DNA of 64,000 nucleotides from Escherichia coli (GTDB lineage Bacteria; Pseudomonadota; Gammaproteobacteria; Enterobacterales; Enterobacteriaceae): NCBI RefSeq assembly GCF_044324875.1, contig NZ_CP172185.1; one strand, 5' to 3'. Shown piece by piece: positions 49,843 to 64,000 of this stretch (position 1 is its first letter; each line of letters starts with the position of its first letter). The notes under the pieces were generated by a model. It saw only the letters and a program-made list of their open reading frames with translations, ran no database searches and was not told where the DNA came from. The position numbers and the translations under genes were made by a program.

Positions 49843-50283
49843 ATGACCACCACAACGCCACAACGTATTGGAGGCTGGTTGCTTGGCCCATTGGCCTGGC
49901 TTTTAGTCGCTCTGTTAAGTACGACGCTGGCGTTGTTGCTGTATACCGCTGCGTTATCTTCTCCGCAAACATTTCAAACGCTCGGCGAACAAGCACTGAC
50001 GACACAAATCTTATGGGGCGTTTCATTTATTACCGCTATCGCCATGTGGTATTACACACTGTGGTTGACCATCGCTTTCTTTAAACGTCGGCGTTGTGTT
50101 CCTAAACACTATATTATCTGGCTGCTTATTTCCGTATTGCTGGCAGTAAAAGCGTTCGCTTTTTCACCCGTGGAAGATGGCATAGCCGTTCGCCAGTTAC
50201 TGTTTACTTTGTTGGCAACCGCATTGATCGTCCCCTATTTTAAACGCTCGTCGCGGGTGAAAGCGACGTTTGTGAATCCGTAA
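49843..50283 (+). CDS. ydgK: inner membrane protein YdgK
   Basis: ORF 49819-50283; start set at MTTTTPQRIGGW. Confidence 0.8.
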   Translation: MTTTTPQRIGGWLLGPLAWLLVALLSTTLALLLYTAALSSPQTFQTLGEQALTTQILWGVSFITAIAMWYYTLWLTIAFFKRRRCVPKHYIIWLLISVLLAVKAFAFSPVEDGIAVRQLLFTLLATALIVPYFKRSSRVKATFVNP

Positions 50284-50359
50284 TAACCTTACAGTTAACC
50301 TGTTGTCGCCTGCTCTGGATTAACGGATAATAGGCGGCTTTTTTATTTCAGGCCGAAAA

Positions 50360-50940
50360 ATGACTGACTACCTGTTACTGTTTGTCGGAACTGTACTGGT
50401 CAATAACTTTGTACTGGTCAAGTTTCTCGGTCTCTGTCCGTTTATGGGGGTTTCCAAAAAGCTGGAAACCGCGATGGGCATGGGGCTGGCTACAACGTTT
50501 GTGATGACGCTGGCGTCTATTTGCGCCTGGCTTATCGATACGTGGATTTTGATCCCGCTTAATCTGATTTACCTGCGCACCCTGGCGTTTATTCTGGTGA
50601 TTGCTGTGGTTGTGCAGTTCACCGAGATGGTGGTGCGCAAAACCAGCCCGGTGCTTTACCGTCTGCTGGGGATTTTTTTGCCGCTTATCACCACCAACTG
50701 TGCAGTGCTCGGCGTGGCGTTGCTGAATATCAATCTCGGGCACAATTTCTTGCAGTCGGCGCTGTACGGTTTTTCCGCCGCTGTCGGTTTCTCGCTGGTG
50801 ATGGTGCTTTTCGCCGCCATCCGCGAACGCCTTGCTGTGGCTGATGTCCCGGCACCTTTTCGCGGTAATGCCATTGCGTTAATTACCGCAGGTCTTATGT
50901 CTCTGGCCTTTATGGGCTTTACTGGTTTGGTGAAGTTGTA

Positions 50941-50941
<1 letters not shown>
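50360..50941 (+). CDS. rsxA: Rsx/Rnf electron transport complex subunit A
   Basis: 193 aa polytopic membrane protein; first gene of rsxABCDGE. Confidence 0.9.
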
Positions 50942-53638
<2,697 letters not shown>

Positions 53639-54697
53639 ATGGTATTCAGAATAGCTAGCTCCCCTTATACCCATAACCAGCGCCAAACATCGCGCATTAT
53701 GCTGTTGGTGTTGCTCGCAGCTGTGCCAGGAATCGCAGCGCAACTGTGGTTTTTTGGTTGGGGTACTCTCGTTCAGATCCTGTTGGCGTCGGTCAGTGCT
53801 CTGTTAGCCGAAGCTCTCGTACTCAAACTACGCAAGCAGTCGGTAGCCGCAACGTTGAAAGATAACTCAGCATTGCTGACAGGCTTATTGCTGGCGGTAA
53901 GTATTCCCCCCCTCGCGCCATGGTGGATGGTCGTACTAGGTACGGTGTTTGCGGTGATCATCGCTAAACAGTTGTATGGCGGTCTGGGGCAAAACCCGTT
54001 TAATCCGGCAATGATTGGTTATGTGGTCTTACTGATCTCCTTCCCGGTGCAGATGACCAGCTGGTTACCGCCACATGAAATTGCGGTCAACATCCCTGGT
54101 TTTATCGACGCCATACAGGTTATTTTCAGCGGACATACCACCAGTGGTGGTGATATGAACACGCTACGCTTAGGTATTGATGGCATTAGTCAGGCGACAC
54201 CGTTGGATACATTTAAAACCTCTGTCCGTGCCGGTCATTCGGTTGAACAGATTATGCAATATCCGATCTACAGCGGTATTCTGGCGGGCGCTGGTTGGCA
54301 ATGGGTAAATCTCGCCTGGCTGGCTGGCGGCGTGTGGTTGCTATGGCAGAAAGCGATTCGCTGGCATATTCCCCTCAGCTTCTTAGTAACGCTGGCGTTA
54401 TGCGCAACGTTGGGCTGGTTGTTCTCACCAGAAACACTGGCATCACCGCAAATTCATCTGCTGTCTGGTGCGACTATGCTCGGCGCATTCTTTATTTTGA
54501 CTGACCCGGTTACTGCTTCTACGACCAATCGTGGTCGTCTTATTTTCGGCGCGCTGGCGGGTTTATTAGTCTGGTTGATCCGCAGTTTCGGCGGCTATCC
54601 TGACGGCGTGGCTTTTGCCGTCCTGCTGGCGAACATCACGGTTCCTCTGATCGATTACTACACGCGTCCGCGCGTCTACGGCCATCGCAAAGGGTAA
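53639..54697 (+). CDS. rsxD: Rsx complex subunit D
   Basis: 352 aa membrane protein. Confidence 0.9.
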   Translation: MVFRIASSPYTHNQRQTSRIMLLVLLAAVPGIAAQLWFFGWGTLVQILLASVSALLAEALVLKLRKQSVAATLKDNSALLTGLLLAVSIPPLAPWWMVVLGTVFAVIIAKQLYGGLGQNPFNPAMIGYVVLLISFPVQMTSWLPPHEIAVNIPGFIDAIQVIFSGHTTSGGDMNTLRLGIDGISQATPLDTFKTSVRAGHSVEQIMQYPIYSGILAGAGWQWVNLAWLAGGVWLLWQKAIRWHIPLSFLVTLALCATLGWLFSPETLASPQIHLLSGATMLGAFFILTDPVTASTTNRGRLIFGALAGLLVWLIRSFGGYPDGVAFAVLLANITVPLIDYYTRPRVYGHRKG

Positions 54698-54700
54698 ACC

Positions 54701-55321
54701 ATGCTGAAAACTATCCGAAAACACGGCATTACACTGGCACTATTTGCAGCGGGTTCTACAGGGTTAACTGCGGCCATCAACCAGATGACCAAAACGACAA
54801 TTGCTGAACAGGCCAGTCTGCAACAAAAGGCGTTATTTGATCAGGTGCTGCCAGCCGAACGCTATAACAATGCGCTGGCACAGAGTTGCTATCTGGTCAC
54901 TGCGCCAGAGTTAGGTAAAGGTGAGCATCGGGTTTACATCGCCAAACAGGATGACAAACCGGTAGCCGCCGTTCTGGAAACAACCGCGCCAGATGGCTAT
55001 TCTGGTGCGATTCAGCTGCTGGTGGGAGCCGATTTTAACGGCACGGTACTTGGCACGCGCGTGACAGAGCACCACGAAACGCCAGGGCTTGGCGATAAAA
55101 TCGAACTGCGCCTTTCTGACTGGATTACCCATTTTGCGGGTAAAAAAATCAGTGGTGCGGATGATGCGCACTGGGCGGTGAAGAAAGATGGTGGTGATTT
55201 CGACCAGTTCACCGGCGCGACGATTACTCCGCGCGCGGTGGTAAATGCGGTAAAACGCGCCGGATTGTACGCTCAGACGTTACCGGCACAACTTTCTCAA
55301 CTTCCTGCCTGTGGAGAATAA
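54701..55321 (+). CDS. rsxG: Rsx complex subunit G
   Basis: 206 aa FMN-binding-type subunit. Confidence 0.9.
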   Translation: MLKTIRKHGITLALFAAGSTGLTAAINQMTKTTIAEQASLQQKALFDQVLPAERYNNALAQSCYLVTAPELGKGEHRVYIAKQDDKPVAAVLETTAPDGYSGAIQLLVGADFNGTVLGTRVTEHHETPGLGDKIELRLSDWITHFAGKKISGADDAHWAVKKDGGDFDQFTGATITPRAVVNAVKRAGLYAQTLPAQLSQLPACGE

Positions 55322-55324
55322 AGC

Positions 55325-56020
55325 GTGAGCGAAATTAAAGACGTTATTGTTCAGGGGTTGTGGAAAAACAACTCTGCGCTGGTCCAGTTGCTCGGCCTTT
55401 GTCCGCTGCTGGCGGTCACGTCCACTGCCACCAACGCCCTGGGTTTAGGACTTGCGACTACGCTGGTACTGACGCTGACCAACCTGACCATTTCGACGCT
55501 GCGTCACTGGACGCCAGCCGAGATCCGCATTCCCATTTACGTGATGATCATCGCCTCGGTGGTCAGCGCTGTACAGATGCTGATCAACGCCTACGCCTTT
55601 GGCCTGTATCAATCATTAGGGATTTTTATTCCGCTGATTGTCACTAACTGTATCGTTGTGGGCCGCGCTGAAGCCTTCGCCGCCAAAAAAGGTCCGGCGC
55701 TTTCGGCACTGGACGGTTTTTCAATTGGTATGGGCGCAACCTGCGCCATGTTCGTGCTGGGTTCACTACGCGAAATAATCGGCAATGGCACGTTGTTTGA
55801 CGGTGCAGATGCGCTGTTAGGTAGCTGGGCAAAAGTATTACGCGTGGAGATTTTCCACACCGACTCCCCTTTCCTGCTGGCGATGCTGCCACCAGGTGCA
55901 TTTATTGGCCTGGGACTGATGCTGGCAGGGAAATACCTGATTGATGAAAGAATGAAAAAGCGCCGTACTGAAGCAGCTGCCGAACGTGCATTGCCAAACG
56001 GTGAAACAGGGAGTGTCTGA
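55325..56020 (+). CDS. rsxE: Rsx complex subunit E
   Basis: 231 aa membrane protein; GTG start. Confidence 0.9.
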   Translation: MSEIKDVIVQGLWKNNSALVQLLGLCPLLAVTSTATNALGLGLATTLVLTLTNLTISTLRHWTPAEIRIPIYVMIIASVVSAVQMLINAYAFGLYQSLGIFIPLIVTNCIVVGRAEAFAAKKGPALSALDGFSIGMGATCAMFVLGSLREIIGNGTLFDGADALLGSWAKVLRVEIFHTDSPFLLAMLPPGAFIGLGLMLAGKYLIDERMKKRRTEAAAERALPNGETGSV

Positions 56021-56655
56021 TGAACAAAGCAAAACGCCTGGAGATCCTCACTCGCCTGCGTGAGAACAATCCTCATCCCACCACCGAGCTTAATTTCAGT
56101 TCGCCTTTTGAATTGCTGATTGCCGTACTGCTTTCCGCTCAGGCGACCGATGTCAGTGTTAATAAGGCGACGGCGAAACTCTACCCGGTGGCTAATACAC
56201 CTGCAGCGATGCTTGAACTGGGCGTCGAAGGGGTGAAAACCTATATCAAAACCATTGGGCTTTATAACAGCAAAGCAGAAAATATCATCAAAACCTGCCG
56301 TATCTTACTGGAACAGCATAATGGCGAGGTTCCGGAAGATCGTGCTGCGCTTGAAGCCCTGCCTGGTGTAGGTCGTAAAACAGCCAACGTCGTATTAAAC
56401 ACTGCATTCGGCTGGCCGACTATTGCTGTCGACACGCACATTTTCCGCGTTTGTAATCGTACTCAATTTGCGCCGGGGAAAAACGTCGAACAGGTAGAAG
56501 AAAAGCTACTGAAAGTGGTTCCGGCAGAGTTTAAAGTCGACTGCCACCATTGGTTGATCCTGCACGGGCGTTATACCTGTATTGCCCGCAAGCCTCGCTG
56601 TGGCTCTTGTATTATTGAAGATCTTTGTGAATACAAAGAGAAAGTTGACATCTGA
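56020..56655 (+). CDS. nth: endonuclease III
   Basis: 211 aa; HhH-GPD and C-terminal 4Cys cluster. Confidence 0.9.
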   Translation: MNKAKRLEILTRLRENNPHPTTELNFSSPFELLIAVLLSAQATDVSVNKATAKLYPVANTPAAMLELGVEGVKTYIKTIGLYNSKAENIIKTCRILLEQHNGEVPEDRAALEALPGVGRKTANVVLNTAFGWPTIAVDTHIFRVCNRTQFAPGKNVEQVEEKLLKVVPAEFKVDCHHWLILHGRYTCIARKPRCGSCIIEDLCEYKEKVDI

Positions 56656-57265
56656 AGAAAAGGGGTAACACCGATTACCCCATTGATAACCTTTCTTTAT
56701 CCTCTTTTAAAACATCTTTTTAACGTCAATGATGCCATTGCTTAGCGTTATCATCAGGTAATCCGTTTGCGGATAACCAAAAATGCAGGTTAATTGTTTT
56801 TTTAATAGCGAAATTTTCTATTCATTCGTGATCAAGATCACGATGCTGTGGCAATGTAAAAACATTGCAAGAACTAGGTTAAAATCATTTAAATTTACAC
56901 ACGCAACAAATATTGACCTACAAAACATTACACTGGCTATTTTTCAGAAACTGGACTATCTCACTAGGAAAAACGCTAAATAGCAGAACATATCGCCGTT
57001 AAGCCATCATCCCCCTCTCAGGGTAGTGAAAAAATCTGCCGTTACGTTTTTTGAAAAATTTAACGCTGGATAACATTTCCCGGAATGGTTGAATTCCCCG
57101 CCTCAGTTATATGTAACAGATTATTACAAAGGACTTGTCTGAAAGTGCAAGATAGTGAACATTACCTGCCGTTTCCCCTCCCACTATAACAATTGCGCGT
57201 ATGTTTTTTAGGCATAACGCGAGAAAGCACCCCCGTTAATATGGGATGTAAAAAAAGAGGTAAAA

Positions 57266-58768
57266 GTGTCCACTGCAAACCAAAAACCAACTGAAAGCGT
57301 CAGTTTGAACGCTTTCAAACAACCGAAGGCGTTCTATCTCATCTTCTCGATTGAGTTATGGGAACGTTTTGGTTATTACGGCCTACAAGGAATTATGGCT
57401 GTTTACCTGGTTAAACAACTGGGTATGTCTGAAGCGGATTCAATCACCCTTTTCTCTTCCTTTAGTGCCCTGGTTTATGGTCTGGTCGCTATCGGCGGCT
57501 GGTTAGGTGACAAGGTACTGGGTACTAAACGCGTAATTATGCTTGGCGCTATTGTGCTGGCGATTGGTTATGCTCTGGTTGCCTGGTCTGGTCACGACGC
57601 CGGTATCGTTTATATGGGTATGGCGGCTATTGCGGTCGGTAACGGCCTGTTTAAAGCTAACCCGTCTTCTCTGCTTTCTACATGCTATGAGAAAAACGAC
57701 CCGCGTCTGGACGGTGCATTCACCATGTACTACATGTCCGTCAACATCGGCTCTTTCTTCTCTATGATCGCCACCCCGTGGCTGGCCGCGAAATACGGCT
57801 GGAGTGTTGCGTTTGCGTTGAGCGTTGTAGGCCTGCTGATCACTATCGTTAACTTCGCCTTCTGCCAACGCTGGGTTAAACAGTACGGTTCAAAACCAGA
57901 CTTCGAGCCTATCAACTACCGTAACCTGCTGCTGACCATTATTGGTGTTGTGGCACTGATCGCTATCGCCACCTGGCTGCTGCACAATCAGGAAGTTGCG
58001 CGTATGGCGCTGGGCGTTGTTGCCTTCGGTATTGTGGTTATCTTCGGTAAAGAAGCCTTCGCGATGAAAGGTGCTGCGCGTCGTAAAATGATCGTTGCCT
58101 TCATCCTGATGCTCGAAGCCATTATCTTCTTCGTGCTGTACAGCCAGATGCCAACGTCACTGAACTTCTTTGCGATTCGTAACGTTGAACACACCATTCT
58201 GGGCCTGGCCGTAGAACCTGAGCAGTATCAGGCACTGAACCCGTTCTGGATCATCATTGGTAGCCCGATTCTGGCCGCTATCTATAACAAGATGGGCGAT
58301 ACCCTGCCGATGCCAACTAAGTTTGCAATCGGTATGGTGATGTGTTCTGGTGCGTTCCTGATTCTGCCGCTGGGTGCAAAATTCGCGTCTGACGCAGGTA
58401 TCGTGTCTGTAAGCTGGCTGGTCGCAAGCTATGGCCTGCAGAGTATCGGGGAACTTATGATCTCTGGTCTGGGTCTGGCAATGGTTGCACAACTCGTTCC
58501 GCAGCGTCTGATGGGCTTCATTATGGGTAGCTGGTTCCTGACCACTGCCGGTGCAAACCTGATTGGTGGTTATGTTGCGGGTATGATGGCTGTGCCGGAT
58601 AACGTTACCGATCCGCTGATGTCACTGGAAGTCTATGGTCGCGTATTCTTGCAGATTGGTGTCGCTACTGCCGTTATTGCTGTACTGATGCTGCTGACCG
58701 CGCCGAAACTGCACCGCATGACGCAGGATGACGCTGCAGACAAAGCGGCGAAAGCTGCTGTAGCGTAA
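57266..58768 (+). CDS. dtpA: dipeptide/tripeptide permease A (POT family)
   Basis: 500 aa; begins (GTG) [27 protein letters not shown]. Confidence 0.9.
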
Positions 58769-58789
58769 AATTCAGGGAAACTCTTTTAC

Positions 58790-58823
58790 AAGCCGCTAAC
58801 TTTTCGTTAGCGGCTTTTTTTTT
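58790..58823 (+). terminator. Rho-independent terminator downstream of dtpA
   Basis: AGCCGCTAAC..GTTAGCGGCT hairpin followed by T9. Confidence 0.65.
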
Positions 58824-58873
58824 GTTCAGCAACGCACTACCATACTTTAAACCACAGACAAAAGGAGTTACCG

Positions 58874-59479
58874 ATGAAATTGTTCTACAAACCGGGTGCC
58901 TGCTCTCTCGCTTCCCATATCACCCTGCGTGAGAGCGGAAAGGATTTTACGCTCGTCAGTGTGGATTTAATGAAAAAACGTCTCGAAAACGGTGACGATT
59001 ACTTTGCCGTTAACCCTAAGGGACAGGTGCCTGCATTGCTGCTGGACGATGGTACTTTGCTGACGGAAGGCGTAGCAATTATGCAGTATCTTGCCGACAG
59101 CGTCCCCGACCGCCAGTTGCTGGCACCGGTAAACAGTATTTCCCGCTATAAAACCATCGAATGGCTGAATTACATCGCCACCGAGCTGCATAAAGGTTTC
59201 ACACCTCTGTTTCGCCCTGATACACCGGAAGAGTACAAACCGACAGTTCGCGCGCAGCTGGAGAAGAAGCTGCAATATGTGAACGAGGCACTGAAGGATG
59301 AGCACTGGATCTGCGGGCAACGATTCACAATTGCTGATGCCTATCTGTTTACGGTTATGCGCTGGGCATACGCGGTGAAACTGAATCTGGAAGGGTTAGA
59401 GCACATTGCGGCATTTATGCAACGTATGGCTGAACGTCCGGAAGTACAAGACGCGCTGTCAGCGGAAGGCTTAAAGTAA
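58874..59479 (+). CDS. gstA: glutathione S-transferase
   Basis: 201 aa [20 protein letters not shown]. Confidence 0.9.
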   Translation: MKLFYKPGACSLASHITLRESGKDFTLVSVDLMKKRLENGDDYFAVNPKGQVPALLLDDGTLLTEGVAIMQYLADSVPDRQLLAPVNSISRYKTIEWLNYIATELHKGFTPLFRPDTPEEYKPTVRAQLEKKLQYVNEALKDEHWICGQRFTIADAYLFTVMRWAYAVKLNLEGLEHIAAFMQRMAERPEVQDALSAEGLK

Positions 59480-59487
59480 TAGCCATC

Positions 59488-59509
59488 GGCCCACAGGTCG
59501 TTGTGGGCC
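59488..59509. terminator. Bidirectional hairpin between gstA and pdxY
   Basis: GGCCCACA..TGTGGGCC hairpin between convergent genes. Confidence 0.45.
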
Positions 59510-59522
59510 GAAATGAGATATT

Positions 59523-60386
59523 TCAGAGCTTTGTTGCGCTGAAATAATGTTCTGGATTGGCAATACGATCCTGAGCAGCAACCACTTGCAGCTCATATTC
59601 CTGCATTGCTTTGGTGGTCACCATGATTTCGTATACTGCAGCGGTCACATGTTCCAGGGCCTCCTGCAGCGTTGCCCCCTGAAGCAGTTTCACCAGCAGT
59701 AAACCGCTCGTCACATCACCAACACCTACCGGCTGGCGCATACCAAAATCCACCAGCGGACGGCTGATATGCCAGGCTTCATCGGCGGTAACCAGCAGCA
59801 TTTCAAAACGGTCACGGCTGTAGCCAGCTCGCGCCAGGTGTTTAACCAACACAATTTGTGGCCCTTGCGCAATGAGTTCGCGCGCTGCCAGAACCGCTTC
59901 TTCGACGTTATTTACTGGATGCTCACAGAGTATTTCCAGCTCAACCAGATTCGGCGCAATGATATCGCTGGCAGGCAAACCGTGACGCACATGAAACTCT
60001 GCGACACCCGGTGCAACGATACAGCCTTTTTCCGGATGACCCATTACCGGATCGCAAAAATATTTCGCCTGCGGATTTGCTGCTTTCACCTGACGAACGA
60101 TACCGAGAATATGTTCCCCCTGCTCCGCCGAACCCAGATAGCCACTTAATACGGCATCACAGGTGTGTAATTTATCAATGGCGGCAATGCCTTGCACAAT
60201 TTCGGTTAAATGGCTGGGCGGCATCACGCAGCCAGTCCATTTGCCGTATTGGGTGTGATTAGAAAATTGAACGGTGTTCAGCGGCCAGACGTTCGCGCCC
60301 AGGCGGCGCATCGGAAACTCTGCCGCACTGTTACCCGCATGACCATAAACAACGTGAGACTGGATAGCGAGAATATTTTTCATCAT
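59523..60386 (-). CDS. pdxY: pyridoxal kinase 2
   Basis: 287 aa ribokinase-fold PdxY. Confidence 0.9.
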   Translation of the reverse strand: MMKNILAIQSHVVYGHAGNSAAEFPMRRLGANVWPLNTVQFSNHTQYGKWTGCVMPPSHLTEIVQGIAAIDKLHTCDAVLSGYLGSAEQGEHILGIVRQVKAANPQAKYFCDPVMGHPEKGCIVAPGVAEFHVRHGLPASDIIAPNLVELEILCEHPVNNVEEAVLAARELIAQGPQIVLVKHLARAGYSRDRFEMLLVTADEAWHISRPLVDFGMRQPVGVGDVTSGLLLVKLLQGATLQEALEHVTAAVYEIMVTTKAMQEYELQVVAAQDRIANPEHYFSATKL

Positions 60387-60444
60387 GTTCCCTGTATAAA
60401 AACCAGGGGGAGTGATTTCTCACTCCCCCTTTCCACTTAATGCA

Positions 60445-61719
60445 TTATTTCCAGCAAATCAGACAGTAATTCTTTTTGCCGCGACGCAGTAAGGTAAAAC
60501 GACCAAACAGACGATCTTCTTCTTTAAAGAAGTATTCAGGATCGGACTGTTTTTCACCGTTAATGGTGATGGCATTGGAGGCGATGGTTTTACGCGCCTG
60601 ACCACGGGAAGGTTGCAGTTCAGAATCGACCAGCGCCTGCATCAGGTCTGCGCCCTTTTCCATCTCAACCATCGGTACGCCGTCCTGCGCCAGCTGTTCG
60701 AAGTCCGCTTCACTCAGCGCACTCAAGGAACCGCTGAACAGGCATTCGGTAATACGTTTTGCCGCCTGTAAACCTTCTTCACCGTGAACCAGACGAGTCA
60801 CCTGCTCCGCCAGTACATACTGGGCGCGCGGTGCTTTACCGCTGTTTTTATCTTCTTCTTCCAGGGCGTTGATCTCTTCAATGCTCATAAAGGTGAAGAA
60901 CTTCAGGAAGCGGTAAACGTCGGCATCCGCAGTGTTGATCCAGAACTGGTAGAATTTGTACGGGCTGGTTTTCTTCGGATCCAACCAGACTGCGCCGCCT
61001 TCAGTTTTACCAAATTTGGTGCCGTCTGCTTTGGTGATCAGCGGAACGGTCAGGCCAAACACCTGATTCTGATGCAGACGACGGGTCAGGTCGATACCAG
61101 AAGTGATGTTACCCCACTGGTCAGAACCACCAATTTGCAGCACCACACCGTACTGTTTGTTCAGACAGGCGAAGTCATAACCCTGCAACAGGTTGTAGGA
61201 AAACTCAGTGAACGAAATCCCCTGATCTTCACGGTTGAGACGCTGCTTAACCGCTTCTTTGTTGATCATCTGGTTAACGGAGAAGTGTTTGCCAATATCG
61301 CGCAGGAAGGTCAGCACATTCATATTGCCGAACCAGTCATAGTTGTTCGCCGCGATAGCAGAGTTTTCTCCACAGTCGAAATCGAGGAACGGGGCAACCT
61401 GCTTGCGGATTTTGTCCACCCATTCCTGAACAGTTTCTTCGGTGTTCAGCTTACGCTCAGCAGCTTTGAAGCTCGGGTCGCCAATCAGACCCGTCGCGCC
61501 GCCTACCAGCGCAACCGGCTTGTGGCCCGCCTGCTGGAAGCGTTTCAGGCATAACAATGGAACAAGATGCCCCAAATGCAAGCTGTCAGCGGTAGGATCG
61601 AAGCCGCAATAGAGCGCGATCGGGCCTTGCGCCAGTCGCTCTGCTAACGCTTCCTCGTCCGTCACCTGGGCTACCAGCCCCCGCTCTTGCAATTGTTTAA
61701 TCAAGTTACTGCTTGCCAT
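60445..61719 (-). CDS. tyrS: tyrosine--tRNA ligase
   Basis: ORF 60445-61731; start set at [18 protein letters not shown] and KFGKT motifs. Confidence 0.95.
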
Positions 61720-61847
61720 CAAAATCTCCATGTATATAACGACTGCACCTTTGCCGGTACACGACTTTTCGCCAGATGCGAAAGAGACATAGAATAAAGT
61801 GCCAGAATCAGGAGTACCAGCGATTAAAGCAAGATTTTTGCATCTTT

Positions 61848-62504
61848 TCAGGGGGCAAGACGATCAATCTTCCACGCATCATTTTCACGCTGGTACAAAA
61901 AGCGGTCATGCAGGCGATGCTCACCGCCCTGCCAGAACTCAATCTGTTCAAGGCTGACGCGAAAACCGCCCCAAAAACTCGGCAATGGCACTTCGCCCTG
62001 TTGAAACTTCTGCTTCAGCTCCAGGAATTTACTTTCAAGGATACCGCGGGCAGAAATGCGACTGGACTGCTTCGAAACCCATGCACCAATCTGGCTATCA
62101 CGCGGGCGGCTATGAAAATATTTCATCACTTCGAGAGTCGAAAGTCGTTCCGCTTTACCGATCACCATCACCTGGCGCTCAAGGGTATGCCACGGGAACA
62201 GCAGGCTAACGCGCGGATTATTTTCGATTTGATGTGCTTTACGGCTGCCGAGGTTGGTGTAAAACACCATGCCTTTTTCGTCGTAATGTTTGAGTAAAAC
62301 GATGCGCTGATAAGGCTGACCATGTTCATCCACGGTAGCGACCACCATCGCGGTAGGGTCCGCCAGTTTGGCTTCACACGCCTGAGAGAGCCAGCGTTCA
62401 AAAAGGGTTAATGGATCGGCGGGAAGATCGCGGCGGCGTAATCCGCCTTTGGTGTATTCACGGCGCAGATGCGCGATTTGCTGCAATTCGTCGTTATCAG
62501 ACAT
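61848..62504 (-). CDS. pdxH: pyridoxamine 5'-phosphate oxidase
   Basis: 218 aa PNPOx. Confidence 0.9.
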
Positions 62505-62562
62505 GGTTTTCTTTACGGATTGTCAGTGGGTGACGCTATTGTGCGCCGCCCCTGGAAAAATC

Positions 62563-62892
62563 TCAACGCTGTGGATTTTGTAACTGACAGTTATTCAAGA
62601 CGATGCGGTCGCGTTTATAGACAGTCGCTTCCTCGCCTTTCGACCAGAAAACATAGATCCCGTCGGTGTAACGTGCACCAGACGCAGAAATGCCCTGTTT
62701 GAGATGCAGTAGTTGATTATCGTAAACAAAACTGACTTCCTGGCGCGGATTATTCAGTTTGACCGTCAACGGTTTTTCATCACACTGGTATTCCAGCGTA
62801 TCGGTTTGCATGCGCTCAACCAGTTGATTGAACGCGCTACAGCCGGTGAGAAGGACCGGCAAACAGATCAGTAACAGTTTTTTCATAGACAT
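62563..62892 (-). CDS. mliC: membrane-bound lysozyme inhibitor of C-type lysozyme
   Basis: 109 aa lipoprotein (LTGCSAF lipobox). Confidence 0.85.
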   Translation of the reverse strand: MSMKKLLLICLPVLLTGCSAFNQLVERMQTDTLEYQCDEKPLTVKLNNPRQEVSFVYDNQLLHLKQGISASGARYTDGIYVFWSKGEEATVYKRDRIVLNNCQLQNPQR

Positions 62893-62989
62893 ATCCCGAA
62901 GACTTTCCTGGTCTGGAGGGCAATACGCCCTCCCTAACGTTCCAAGTGTAACGGCAGACGCGGTAAGAAAAATTCAGTTAACTCTGATA

Positions 62990-64000
62990 TCACGGGTTAG
63001 CGGGGAAAATAGCCCCGAGTACCGTCTCCTGGCTTGCGCCAGTGACGGAAGGCAGATTTCCTGGTAATCCCGCCAGCGTCCGCCAGGCAAGCCAGGCGAA
63101 AGCCAATGCTTCCATGTCATCGCCACTAATGCCAACGGCATCGGTGGTGGTGACTTCTGTGCCTGGCAGTAATGCCGCCAGACGCGCCATGAGTAGCGGA
63201 TTACGACTTCCTCCACCACATACCATCAATCGTTCGCAGCCACCGCTCAACAAAACTTGTTCAGAAATGGTCACGGCGGTGAGTTCTGCCAGTGTCGCCT
63301 GTACATCTCGGGGATCAACACCCGGAAAATGGCGCAAATGGCGCTCCAGCCAGCCGTAGTTAAAGTATTCGCGTCCGGTACTTTTCGGTGCAGGTTGCGA
63401 GAAATACGGGTCGCTAAGCATATTTTGCAGCAGTGGGAGAATGACTTTACCCGCCCGTGCCCACTCGGCATCTTTATCGTAAGGTTTACCTGCCTGACGC
63501 CAGATCCAGGCATCCATCAGCATGTTACCAGGACCGGTATCGTAGCCCCCTACCGGCTGCCCAGGAATGAGCAGTGACAGATTGGCGATGCCACCAATAT
63601 TGAGCACCATTCGTCGCTCGGTTGGGTGAGCCAGCAGCGCATGATGGAACGCAGGTACCAGCGGTGCGCCTTGTCCTCCTAAGGCAATATCGCGACGGCG
63701 AAAATCACCGACAACCGTAATTCCGGTGCGTGCCACAATTTGATTGTTATCGCCAATCTGTAAAGTGTGTGGTGCCACGCCCGTCGGTTCATGCCAGACG
63801 GTTTGACCGTGACAGCCGATCGCAACGATATCTCTCGCCTGCAGGTTTTGTTCCTTAAGCAAGGCATTGACCGCATCAGCAAAAAGTCGCCCGAGTTGAG
63901 TATCAAGCTGTCCAAACTGAGAAAGTGTAAGCTGCTGGCCCTGGCAAATATCCAGTACAGCCTGTTTCAGAGACACCGGGATCGGCCAGCTCAAACTTGC
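62990..64000 (-). CDS. anmK: anhydro-N-acetylmuramic acid kinase (5' end beyond window)
   Basis: C-terminal 334 aa of AnmK-like protein; ORF open at window edge. Confidence 0.85.

Noticed and set aside
56660-57265. 600-bp gene-free region upstream of dtpA with a 66-aa ORF (56783-56983)
   Set aside because: AT-rich promoter region for dtpA; the ORF has no RBS or coding-like composition.

Overview
The window is an Escherichia coli K-12-like chromosomal segment (asr, ydgU, ydgD, mdtIJ, tqsA, pntBA, ydgH, ydgI, folM, ydgC, rstAB, TerB/tus, fumCA, manA, ydgA, uidCBA, uidR, hdhA, malI/malXY, add, ydgJ, blr, cnu, ydgK, rsxABCDGE, nth, dtpA, gstA, pdxY, tyrS, pdxH, mliC, anmK). Gene identities are from my recollection of these protein sequences and gene order; no database was searched. 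The one non-backbone block is a ~15.6 kb island (about 3241-18812) inserted inside the tqsA coding sequence and flanked by a 9-bp direct repeat (TGCTGTTAT). It encodes a P4-type integrase, AlpA, two Icd-like proteins, a small ribbon-helix-helix regulator, a RecA-like replication ATPase next to an iteron array, SSB, a PerC-like regulator, and a complete HK97-type head and packaging module (capsid, prohead protease, portal, two head-completion proteins, HNH, TerS, TerL), with no tail or lysis genes. I interpret it as a capsid-forming phage satellite (cf-PICI-like). Inside it the most interesting unexplained signals are a terminator-like hairpin directly abutting the capsid start codon, 10-bp-periodic GAACAA repeat arrays at four loci, a structured repeat-rich region between the Icd-like genes, and a low-GC opposite-strand gene of unknown function. 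Coordinates of ORFs follow the supplied track; coordinates of hand-read motifs are approximate (a few bp).
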